A stretch of DNA of 64,000 bases from Pirellulales bacterium (GTDB lineage: Bacteria; Planctomycetota; Planctomycetia; Pirellulales; JALHPA01), in assembly GCA_033762255.1 (NCBI GenBank), contig JANRLT010000009.1:410-64409 (forward strand). Reading direction: 5' to 3'. Below the pieces are notes generated by a model, which was not told the origin of the DNA, did not search any database, and saw nothing but the letters and a program-made list of their open reading frames with translations. Each line of letters opens with the position of its first letter. Position 1 is the stretch's first letter. Of the stretch, positions 56,410 to 64,000 are shown piece by piece. Position numbers and translations under genes: made by a program.

Positions 56410-57363
56410 ATGAAAAGCGCGGGTCTTGCTTGGGCACAAACCGAATCCCTAGCAGCGGAGAAGCTGATCGAACTGGCCTGGCAAGAGGATTTAGCGGGGT
56501 TGGCAGATTGCACGACATCCTCCCTCGTAGCGGATAGGACATTGGCCGCTGCCTCTTTTGTCCCGCGGAAGGCGGGAATTCTGGCGGGTTTACCTGTTTT
56601 GGCGCAGATTGCCGCCAAATTTGATCCTGCCATCGTTGTTGAGTATCTCGCCCAGGACGGGGAACACATCCCTGCGCAGCGGGCCGTCGCCCGGATGACG
56701 GGGCCCGCGCGAAGCTTATTGACCGCGGAACGGACGATGCTGAATTTTTTGTGCCGCCTTAGCGGTATTGCCACATTGACGGGGCAATTTGTCTTGGCGG
56801 TTGCCGGGACCCGTGCCCGAATATTAGACACGCGCAAGACGACACCCGGTTGGCGTGCCCTGGAAAAGTACGCTGTCCGTTGTGGCGGCGGACAAAATCA
56901 CCGGTTCGGTCTGTACGATGCCATTTTAATTAAGGACAATCATCTGGCATTTGGCGCGGAAGCAGCAGCGGCGGAGAAATTTACACCCGCAATGGCGGTG
57001 CGTCATGCCAGGGAATATCAGCGGCAGCATCCAGCAAAGTTTGCCATGGAGCCGACTTTGACCATCGAAGTTGACAGTTTGACGCAATTATCAGAGGTCT
57101 TGACCGGCGACTTTCCAGCAAATGCAGTTACCGCAGAACGTCTGTTACCTGATAATGTCTTATTGGATAATATGTCTTGCGAGCAGTTACGCGAGGCGGT
57201 GCGAATGCGAGATCAGTTGGCACCAGGAGTGCTTTTGGAAGCAAGTGGCGGAGTCAACCTGTACACGGTCGCTGGGATTGCCGCCACCGGGGTGGAACGG
57301 ATCAGCGTGGGGGCGATCACTCATTCGGCCCCGATCTTGGATTTGGGTTTGGACTGGGAATAG
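56410..57363 (+). CDS. nadC: Nicotinate-nucleotide pyrophosphorylase (carboxylating)
   Basis: ERTMLNFLCRLSGIATLT, ILDTRKTTPGWRALEKYAVRCGGGQNHRFGLYDAILIKDNH, LLDNM and LEASGG. Confidence 0.85.
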   Translation: MKSAGLAWAQTESLAAEKLIELAWQEDLAGLADCTTSSLVADRTLAAASFVPRKAGILAGLPVLAQIAAKFDPAIVVEYLAQDGEHIPAQRAVARMTGPARSLLTAERTMLNFLCRLSGIATLTGQFVLAVAGTRARILDTRKTTPGWRALEKYAVRCGGGQNHRFGLYDAILIKDNHLAFGAEAAAAEKFTPAMAVRHAREYQRQHPAKFAMEPTLTIEVDSLTQLSEVLTGDFPANAVTAERLLPDNVLLDNMSCEQLREAVRMRDQLAPGVLLEASGGVNLYTVAGIAATGVERISVGAITHSAPILDLGLDWE

Positions 57364-57487
57364 ATCGGAACCGTAGTCAAAGGCAGCGTGCCTGGGTAAT
57401 CTGGCGATGGGAAATGCGGTTTATATCGTGGGAAAATAGCAAATAGTCGGTCTTTAAGGGGTAAAAAGAGGTTTTTAGAGTAATCAT

Positions 57488-57515
57488 TTGACAATTGCAC
57501 AGGCAATCCTAGGTT
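57488..57515 (+). promoter_or_regulatory. Sigma-70-like promoter candidate (TTGACA-16 nt-TAGGTT)
   Basis: TTGACA at 57488-57493 and TAGGTT at 57510-57515. Planctomycetal promoter consensus is poorly known, so this call is weak. Confidence 0.3.
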
Positions 57516-57519
57516 TCCT

Positions 57520-57612
57520 CAGTAGGCCGCCCCTGGGGAGTGGCGACCAAACGAACGCGACGGGGAATCGCTAGGAAGCGTGAGGGGACCCCGTCGCGTT
57601 TTTTCTTTTTTT
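57520..57612 (+). ncRNA. Candidate ~90-nt small RNA ending in a strong intrinsic terminator (alternatively the 3' UTR/terminator of nadC)
   Basis: 5' hairpin GGCCGCC...GGCGACC. Then an 11-bp stem ACGCGACGGGG / CCCCGTCGCGT (57555-57565 / 57589-57599), followed by TTTTTTCTTTTTTT. Confidence 0.35.
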
Positions 57613-58383
57613 CAGGCGTTTTTGCTGAAATTTGCCCTTTCATTGGCCAACTGCCAATACCGGTTTAACTGTTATACCCGGTCCATCTCTTTGGCTAACT
57701 CAGGCCAATAAGAGTCAGAGTTGGCCAAAAAACTCGCTTATCTAAAAAGTTTTTCAGATTTCCCGTCCATTTCCTTGACCCTAAATGCATGCACAATTAT
57801 CATAAGCGTTAGTATGGGCCGCGTGTAAAAACCTCCCATATTTCCTATTTTGATGCTACTTTGCCTTATTTTTGCAGGAAACGCTCGTGAACTTGTGGTC
57901 CAATTTGGCTGCTTTGCGCAAGAACAAAGCCCAGCGGGAATCACAGTTGTCGCGTTTCACTCTCTATGGCGCCTCCCTGATCGTTTGGCGGCCGTGGTAG
58001 TCGGGCCAATGGCAACTCATTTGCACTCTGGGGAGTTGTAAAAACCCGCCGCGCAACGACTTGGTTGCGTAGATGGTTAATCTTTGTTATTGCGCGCTTC
58101 TGACTCATTGTTGTCAGAGTGGCGTCCTCTTTGGGGACATGGCGGCCACATCAACGTGGGTAGCATTGTGCTGTCTGCCGGGATTGTCCAGTGGCGTGTT
58201 TTACGGGAAAAAAACCGCTAACTGTGCATTTTCTAGGCGCACAACTCCATTCTGCGTTGGTTGCCAACCGGACGTTTAGCGTCCGGCGGATCACAGGTCT
58301 CGCGTGATTTTCGGCAAAAGTTTTGAAGACTTTTTTTGCCAACAGTTGTTCGTTGGTCCGCCACACGCGAAAGGACATCTCCG

Positions 58384-59187
58384 ATGCTTGCTCCGATTCG
58401 ACACAAGATTGTGTCCGCCATTTTGCTCCTAGCGGGATTGCTAGGCCTGCCAATGATGGCGTCCGCCACGATGATTAGCTATTCGCTGAATATCGCCGAG
58501 GACGCCAAAGTTGCCGCGAACCCCAACGACATGATGGCGCAGATGATGGCTGCCTGGCGGACCCAACAAGAATTATTGGCCGGTCGGGATATGCCCTACA
58601 TGCATTTGGTGAATACCTCCACCGAGGCCAGCGGCTTAATTACCAGCTTTAAGCTGACGCTCAATCAGCCCAACATGCATAATTTTGACACGGTGTTGAT
58701 TACCGATCTATCACCGGGAATCACCTACAACATTATCACTCCCGCCGACGGCCAAATGGGTCTCCGGAGCGACGAGATTTTAATCAATTTCACCGGTTTT
58801 TCACCGGGAAAATTTGTGCAGTTCAAAACCGATATCGATTGCGATGCGGGGAACGTCAACATGTTTAGCGATTATCGCACTGTGTTGACCAACCTGACCG
58901 GTCCCTATGGTGGTGGTGCACCCGGACTGCCTCCCAAGTCGGTCGTGGATGTGCAATTCAGCAGCGTCTTCAATTATCAAATTCCCCCCACGCCCATTCC
59001 CGATTTTATCGCGCTCAAGCCCACACAGACCGGTATCGGCTTTCGTTCCGCCTATAGCATGGATTCGGTTGCACCCCTGGTTATGGGCGGATTTGTCCCC
59101 GAACCATCGACCTGGGTAATGTACGGTTTATTGGCGATGGCAAGCGTATTAGGCTGGGGCCGGTCGCGCCGCGTAGAAAACGCCTAA
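58384..59187 (+). CDS. PEP-CTERM sorting-domain protein of unknown function
   Basis: Signal peptide from the ATG at 58384 (MLAPIRHKIVSAILLLAGLLGLPMMASA). C-terminal VPEPSTWVMYGLLAMASVLGWGRSRR. Confidence 0.75.
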   Translation: MLAPIRHKIVSAILLLAGLLGLPMMASATMISYSLNIAEDAKVAANPNDMMAQMMAAWRTQQELLAGRDMPYMHLVNTSTEASGLITSFKLTLNQPNMHNFDTVLITDLSPGITYNIITPADGQMGLRSDEILINFTGFSPGKFVQFKTDIDCDAGNVNMFSDYRTVLTNLTGPYGGGAPGLPPKSVVDVQFSSVFNYQIPPTPIPDFIALKPTQTGIGFRSAYSMDSVAPLVMGGFVPEPSTWVMYGLLAMASVLGWGRSRRVENA

Positions 59188-59385
59188 AGCCAGCCTCGCA
59201 TGCCCGACAGGCACCGAGGTAAAAGCAACAAGGGCGGATATCTAAGTGACGGGCCGGAACTTAGAAGCCTCAAATGAGTTGTATAACCCATAGAGCAAAT
59301 AAAGTGTAGATTTAAGCCGAATGCTAACTCCTCGGCTTTACCAGAGTAGCTAACGCTCGCGGTCCCGCGCGGACGTTAACCTAGC

Positions 59386-59428
59386 ATCATCAGGCTTGCA
59401 ACCTCCGCAAGCCTGATGATTTTTTTTG
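59386..59428 (+). terminator. Strong rho-independent terminator
   Basis: Perfect 14-bp stem ATCATCAGGCTTGC / GCAAGCCTGATGAT (59386-59399 / 59407-59420) with a 7-nt loop, then eight T. Confidence 0.8.
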
Positions 59429-59930
59429 CCAGGTGCTTTGGAAATCCCTGGCACACTCCCGGTTGTCCCGCGCGGCGCTGCACAGTCCGCCAGCATTTCC
59501 AAAGCGAATTTACCCGACCGCAAATGGTGCCAATTGCGGTCTGGATGGCAAATTAAGTGTTAATAGCCGCAAATTGGTAATAACCTCTTTTATTATTAAC
59601 GCGGACGAGCGTGGAAATTGCTAGCAATTTCCTGCTTTTTGCGGATCGGCGCAATACTTTTTCCAGTTGACCCCTCGCATGGCGGCCTATTTTGAGTAAT
59701 TGCGTGGGTTATGCCGGTAATTTTGATAAAAGGGAATGTTCGGTTTTTTAGGCCCGTAACGATTTTTCCCAAATTTGCGATCTTAACGATGCCGATAGAA
59801 AATTCTGAGAGGTCGATTTTTAGGCTTGTGCTGAATTTGCCGACTTTTCCGAATACTCTGCCACGCCCAGTCGTAAGAGGAATCGGTTACAAAAATGGAT
59901 CTGCCATTATCTCGTCTAGGGGGGAATCAC

Positions 59931-61319
59931 ATGTCCGCGGTCCGTCACTGGAAGTTGTTAAACAGGTTATTCACCCTGGGATTGGCCCTGGGCGTGACTG
60001 CCGCACCCTTATTGGGCGCGGAACATCCACAAGGATCCCAATCCGGGATGAACCACTATCGGCGGGTTACCGCGGAAGTGGCTGGCGAACACCAAACTGC
60101 CACTGCGACACCCACTCGTGCCACTCCCCGACGCGCGACCAGCGCCCCGGGCTATCAAGTCGCTCCCGTGGCCTATAACACGGCTTCCGAACGGACCATC
60201 CCCGCCCGTGACACGCAAGTCCGCCCCGTGGGCCATCATCATGGTTCATCTGGTGGCTGCACCACGGGAAATTGTGAAACTGGCGATTGTGCCGATGGAA
60301 GCTGCACCAGCGCCCCGTGCGATACATGTGATACGGGGGATTGCGGCGAAAGCTGCATTAGCGATTGCCTGACTTGCAATTACTTTGCCCAAAACGGCTG
60401 GTACTTTGGCGCGGAATTTCTGTATTTGACCACGAACTATAGCGAACCGGTCGCCGCCGTCGAACGGAGCGTGGTGGTTGATAATAATAATAATTCCACG
60501 ATTACCGACACCACGCGCAATTATGAATTTGGCTATAGCTCCAACTATCGCGTGAATGGCGGGTATCGCTGGGGTAGCTGCGGAGAGGCGATCAATTTTA
60601 GCTTCCTCAATTTTCAAGACGACACCTCGTATAACTCGATCGCCGCGGATCCCAACAATGGCGTTATTATCGCCGGACCGCTGGAAACCAATGCCTCTAA
60701 CACCGGCGACCGGTTGGTGAGCAACCTCGATCAGCAATTTAACACCTTTGACCTGGATTATTCCAAACGGATTCCCATCTGTACCTGCAACAATGATCCC
60801 TGTAGCTGCTGCAAATGCCCCCCGTGGGCATTGACCTGGTCGGCTGGCGTGCGGGTGGGGGATTTGGAACGTCTGGAAACCGTGCGGTTATTTAACGCCG
60901 CCGGAACCAACACCGCGATCTCGACCATTGACACCCAATTCGTGGGCGCCGGTCCCAAGATTGGCCTGGAAGGCCGCCGTTTTTTGGGTGAATCGTTCCG
61001 CTGGTCGATTTTTGGCAAAAGCAACGTAGCCTTGCTCTTAGGCGATTATGACACCATTCGCACCAAGGTCACCGGCGGCGGCACGGCCACCTCGGTCCAA
61101 CTGGACAACTATCGCCGCGTCATCCCCATGCTCGATATCGAAGTCGGTTTCTCGCGGCAAATTGGTAAAAAGACCATGTTCACCGCCGGATACTTCTTTC
61201 AAGCCTGGTGGGACCTGGGGATGTTTGAATCGATCGAAGGGACCAATTTCGGACCCGAGGATGACTCCAACATCATGGCTTACGACGGTCTGATGCTGCG
61301 GGTGGAGCGGGTGTTCTAA
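59931..61319 (+). CDS. Outer-membrane beta-barrel protein (planctomycetal BBP7-like) with a His/Cys-rich N-terminal segment
   Basis: Signal peptide (LFTLGLALGVTAAPLLGA). Cys-rich block GGCTTGNCETGDCADGSCTSAPCDTCDTGDCGESCISDCLTC, followed by WYFGAEFLYL. Alternating beta-strand pattern and a C-terminal ...LRVERVF. Confidence 0.7.
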   Translation: MSAVRHWKLLNRLFTLGLALGVTAAPLLGAEHPQGSQSGMNHYRRVTAEVAGEHQTATATPTRATPRRATSAPGYQVAPVAYNTASERTIPARDTQVRPVGHHHGSSGGCTTGNCETGDCADGSCTSAPCDTCDTGDCGESCISDCLTCNYFAQNGWYFGAEFLYLTTNYSEPVAAVERSVVVDNNNNSTITDTTRNYEFGYSSNYRVNGGYRWGSCGEAINFSFLNFQDDTSYNSIAADPNNGVIIAGPLETNASNTGDRLVSNLDQQFNTFDLDYSKRIPICTCNNDPCSCCKCPPWALTWSAGVRVGDLERLETVRLFNAAGTNTAISTIDTQFVGAGPKIGLEGRRFLGESFRWSIFGKSNVALLLGDYDTIRTKVTGGGTATSVQLDNYRRVIPMLDIEVGFSRQIGKKTMFTAGYFFQAWWDLGMFESIEGTNFGPEDDSNIMAYDGLMLRVERVF

Positions 61320-61363
61320 ATCAGAATGGCCGCACAACCGCCAATGTTGCAATTGAAATCACA

Positions 61364-61399
61364 AACAGCCCCGCGACTCGCGGGGCTGTTTTGCTTTTT
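61364..61399 (+). terminator. Rho-independent terminator after the OMP gene
   Basis: 10-bp stem CAGCCCCGCG / CGCGGGGCTG (61366-61375 / 61379-61388), followed by TTTTGCTTTTT. Confidence 0.75.
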
Positions 61400-61659
61400 A
61401 AGAGGCGCAGAGAAAGAGGTTGGGATCGAGAATGTCGGAGCTGTCGACTGCTGGCAATGCGCGCTAACAATTCAACGGACGGAACGCGCTTGCATAATTT
61501 TGCCAGAACTGGCCGGAATTTACGCTTAACAACTTTGAAATTTTATATCGTTGAATGTCAGTTGGGTGGCCCTGGCACAGAAAACCCAGGGACCCCGGCC
61601 ACTTCCCTACCCCCGACAACGTGGGCCACAACCGTGGTGCCCACGCTTTTTATAACAAT

Positions 61660-61854
61660 TTAGATGAGTGGACGCATTGGCCGACGGGTGCGGCGTTCGG
61701 CACGCAGACGGGCACGACGGCGGGTCTCACTGGGTTTTTCGTAGTATTCGCGGCGACGCATTTCTTTTTTAATGCCGCTCCGTTCCACCAGTTTACGAAA
61801 ACGACGGACGGCTTCTTGGATCGATTCTTTTTCACGCACGTTCAGCTTAACCAC
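61660..61854 (-). CDS. rpsU: 30S ribosomal protein S21
   Basis: [47 protein letters not shown]. The GTG start is preceded by AAGGAG with a 5-nt spacer. Confidence 0.9.
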   Translation of the reverse strand: MVKLNVREKESIQEAVRRFRKLVERSGIKKEMRRREYYEKPSETRRRARLRAERRTRRPMRPLI

Positions 61855-62177
61855 AATTGCTCCTTATTTTCGGGGGTAACTGGAAAAAATAGCCTCATTG
61901 ACGATTAACCAAAAACGAGGCCGTGGAATCTGGTAATATATCGTACTTTTACTATTGTTGTCCAGAGAAATCTTGGCCTGCGGCAGAATTAATCTCCCCG
62001 GCAAAATCGCCAGTTTTCCTAGCTTGCCTAACTGGTATTTCGGCAAAAATCAACGGCAAATCCGCTCCGTGTTTCGATGGTAAAGAAGAGTCACCCCAAA
62101 AAAAGCCGTGTACAGCTGGGTAAGCCAGATTGTAGAGAAGCTCTCCCAGCCGCAATTTCAACGAATGTGGGCGAATT

Positions 62178-62345
62178 ATGGACATCGAAGCGCCTCTCTC
62201 GGCGGCCGCGACTATTTTAGAATTGGAATCCCGCCAGGAAGAGGTTTTACGGTTATTGGGGGATTTGGAAGCCAAATTGGAGCAAACTTTGAGGGATAGC
62301 CAATTACAGGTGGCTCCCGCCACGATTCTTCGTCCCGCGGCCTAA
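62178..62345 (+). CDS. Possible 55-aa coiled-coil protein (below the ORF-track size cutoff)
   Basis: ATG at 62178 to TAA at 62343-62345, giving MDIEAPLSAAATILELESRQEEVLRLLGDLEAKLEQTLRDSQLQVAPATILRPAA. No obvious RBS. Confidence 0.25.
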   Translation: MDIEAPLSAAATILELESRQEEVLRLLGDLEAKLEQTLRDSQLQVAPATILRPAA

Positions 62346-62631
62346 TGCTGGCGGTTTGCCAAGAAATTTGGGGTTTATGAGAATTTGTTTTTTGCCCTCC
62401 CGTCTCCGCGTTTGATGGTCCAGAAGGGTTAACCGCCCCTTAAACTCTGCGCAAAGCAGCGCGTAGCTATCGACCGGGAACGCCGTGCGCCCCCGATGGC
62501 CCCCCCTGGGGTTGAAAATCTAGATCCTGTTTGCTTGACCTTTGCCCTATCGACCATCAGACTGGCAGTGCCGTATCGAGCTGTCTGGGGCTGGCGTTTC
62601 CGGTTGTTTTTGTTGTCAAGGGATCGTATCA

Positions 62632-63933
62632 ATGGGTGCTTCAACGTGGAAATTTGGGGGATACTGTCTGGCCGCGCGACTGGTGGCGCTTTGTTTATTC
62701 ATCGGACCCGATGCGAGTTATGCCGAAAACTGGCCCCAGTGGCGCGGTCTGTCCAATAACGGCCTTAGCTCTGCGAAAAATTTGCCTGACACATGGGATC
62801 AAGAGACTAATTTGGCGTGGCGGTTGCCGCTGCCGGGGGCCGCGGGGGCGACACCGGTAATCTGGAAGGACAAAATCTTTTTGACGTCCTCGGCTGAGCA
62901 GGATTTGGTGCTCATTTGTATTTCCACGCAGGGAAAAGAACTGTGGCGGCGAACCGTGGCCAGTGGAAACCGCCCCGTCCACGGCAGCGATCAAACCGGC
63001 GAGGGTAACTCCGCCTCCCCCTCCCCCACGACGGATGGAAAATACGTCTGGGCGATGATGGGGACCGGAAAATTGGCGTGTTTTGACTTTGATGGGGAGG
63101 AAATCTGGAAGCTGGATTTGCAGGAAAAGTACGGCAAATTCCAAATTCAGTTTGGCATGGCCAGCACACCGGCGCTAGACGGGGACACGCTGTATGTGCA
63201 ACTGCTGCACAACGCCGGAGCGGTGGTGGCGGCGCTGGACAAAGCGACCGGCCAGGAAAAATGGCGGATTGACCGTAAGAGCGACGCTATCGAGGAATGC
63301 AAGGATTCTTATGCCTCGCCGATTGTCTATCGGGATGCGGAGCAGGCGTTTTTAATCACACATGGCGCGGACTACACGATTGGCCATGATTTGACTGATG
63401 GAACGGAATTATGGCGGCTGGGGGGACTCAATGGCGCGGGGCAACAATACAATCCCACGCTACGGTTTGTGGCCTCGCCGGTTGCCGTGCCGGGGTTGAT
63501 TGTGGTCCCCTCGGCAAAAAATGGCCCGGTGGTTGCCCTGCGGCCCAAGAAAGCGGGTGATTTAACGAATGACTTTTTGTGGAAGATGCCCCGCAACACG
63601 CCGGATGTCCCATCCCCGTTAATTCATGACGGCTTGGTCTATCTGTGCCGCGAACAGGGGACGTTGATTGTATTGGACGCCGAATCGGGGGAAAAATTGT
63701 ATGAAGAGCGAATTCACGAGTTCAACCACCGCGCTTCGCCAGTGGCCGCCGATGGCAAATTGTATTTGAGCGGACGGGATGGGACGGTCAACGTGATCAA
63801 ACTAGGCCGTACCTACCAACGCCTGGCGACTAACAAATTTGACGAGCCGCTGGCGGCCTCGCCGGCGATTGCGGATGGCGTGATTTATTTTCGCACATTC
63901 AAGGCGCTGTACGCGGTACGTTCGCGGGAGTAA
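62632..63933 (+). CDS. Secreted PQQ-like (BamB-fold) beta-propeller repeat protein
   Basis: Signal peptide from the ATG at 62632, then ENWPQWRG. Repeated motifs of the form DG..Y.....G.....D..TG...W (e.g. DGDTLYVQLLHNAGAVVAALDKATGQEKWR and DGLVYLCREQGTLIVLDAESGEKLYE). Confidence 0.8.
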   Translation: MGASTWKFGGYCLAARLVALCLFIGPDASYAENWPQWRGLSNNGLSSAKNLPDTWDQETNLAWRLPLPGAAGATPVIWKDKIFLTSSAEQDLVLICISTQGKELWRRTVASGNRPVHGSDQTGEGNSASPSPTTDGKYVWAMMGTGKLACFDFDGEEIWKLDLQEKYGKFQIQFGMASTPALDGDTLYVQLLHNAGAVVAALDKATGQEKWRIDRKSDAIEECKDSYASPIVYRDAEQAFLITHGADYTIGHDLTDGTELWRLGGLNGAGQQYNPTLRFVASPVAVPGLIVVPSAKNGPVVALRPKKAGDLTNDFLWKMPRNTPDVPSPLIHDGLVYLCREQGTLIVLDAESGEKLYEERIHEFNHRASPVAADGKLYLSGRDGTVNVIKLGRTYQRLATNKFDEPLAASPAIADGVIYFRTFKALYAVRSRE

Positions 63934-63982
63934 GTTGGTTGCCGGAATCAAAGTTGTCAAAGCTGCGTTATGAGGATGAATC

Positions 63983-63995
63983 GGGCCTTTGGCCC
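63983..63995. repeat. Third copy of the GGGCC-TTT-GGCCC hairpin word
   Basis: GAATCGGGCCTTTGGCCCACAA combines the left flank of the 43895 copy with the right flank of the 43973 copy. Confidence 0.4.
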
Positions 63996-64000
63996 ACAAA

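Noticed and set aside
57520-57612. Assignment of the candidate sRNA to a known RNA class (SRP/4.5S, 6S, tmRNA, RNase P, tRNA)
   Set aside because: It lacks the SRP GGAAGCAGCC-type loop, tRNA T-loop and D-loop motifs and a tmRNA tag frame. It is also too short for 6S or RNase P.
57738-58453. Four 63-100-aa ORFs in the long region upstream of the PEP-CTERM gene
   Set aside because: They are Cys/Arg-rich or low-complexity translations with no RBS, they overlap one another on both strands, and none looks protein-like.
61952-62323. 123-aa minus-strand ORF upstream of rpsU
   Set aside because: Its composition is not protein-like, there is no RBS, and it would have to be read through the rpsU promoter region.
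1-64000. Search for rRNA, tRNA, transposase/integrase, prophage, CRISPR-cas or toxin-antitoxin genes
   Set aside because: Reading all intergenic regions and ORF translations turned up no T-loop-containing cloverleaf candidates, no recombinase or transposase motifs, and no phage structural genes. The absence is by eye only and should be confirmed with tRNAscan-SE, Infernal and ISEScan.

Overview
This 64-kb window reads as ordinary chromosomal DNA from a Planctomycetota (Pirellulales-like) bacterium. The lineage markers are a DUF1559 prepilin-type protein, two PVC-type heme-binding CxxCH dehydrogenases, PEP-CTERM proteins, a BBP7-like outer-membrane barrel, and three ECF sigma factor / Ser-Thr kinase gene pairs. 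I found no rRNA, tRNA, CRISPR array, transposase, integrase or prophage genes. Housekeeping genes present are kdsD-kdsC, mtnB, mtnD, nadC and rpsU.

The loci most worth follow-up are:
- A sigma-kinase-arylsulfotransferase-like module. The periplasmic tail of the kinase and an insertion in the neighbouring enzyme share CpxP/Spy-type LTxxQ helical motifs.
- A 1111-aa membrane-anchored protein made of OstA/LptA-like repeats, sitting where lptC-lptA would be after kdsD-kdsC.
- A tightly packed five-gene operon: two alkaline-phosphatase-superfamily paralogues, a 61-aa protein, a membrane protein and a sulfotransferase.
- Several families of intergenic hairpin or palindromic repeats. One pair brackets an HD-hydrolase / MBL-hydrolase cassette.
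- A promoter-plus-terminator-bounded candidate small RNA after nadC.

All functional calls come from reading motifs in the supplied translations. No database search or computation was run. Start codons were re-picked by eye where the ORF track over-extends.
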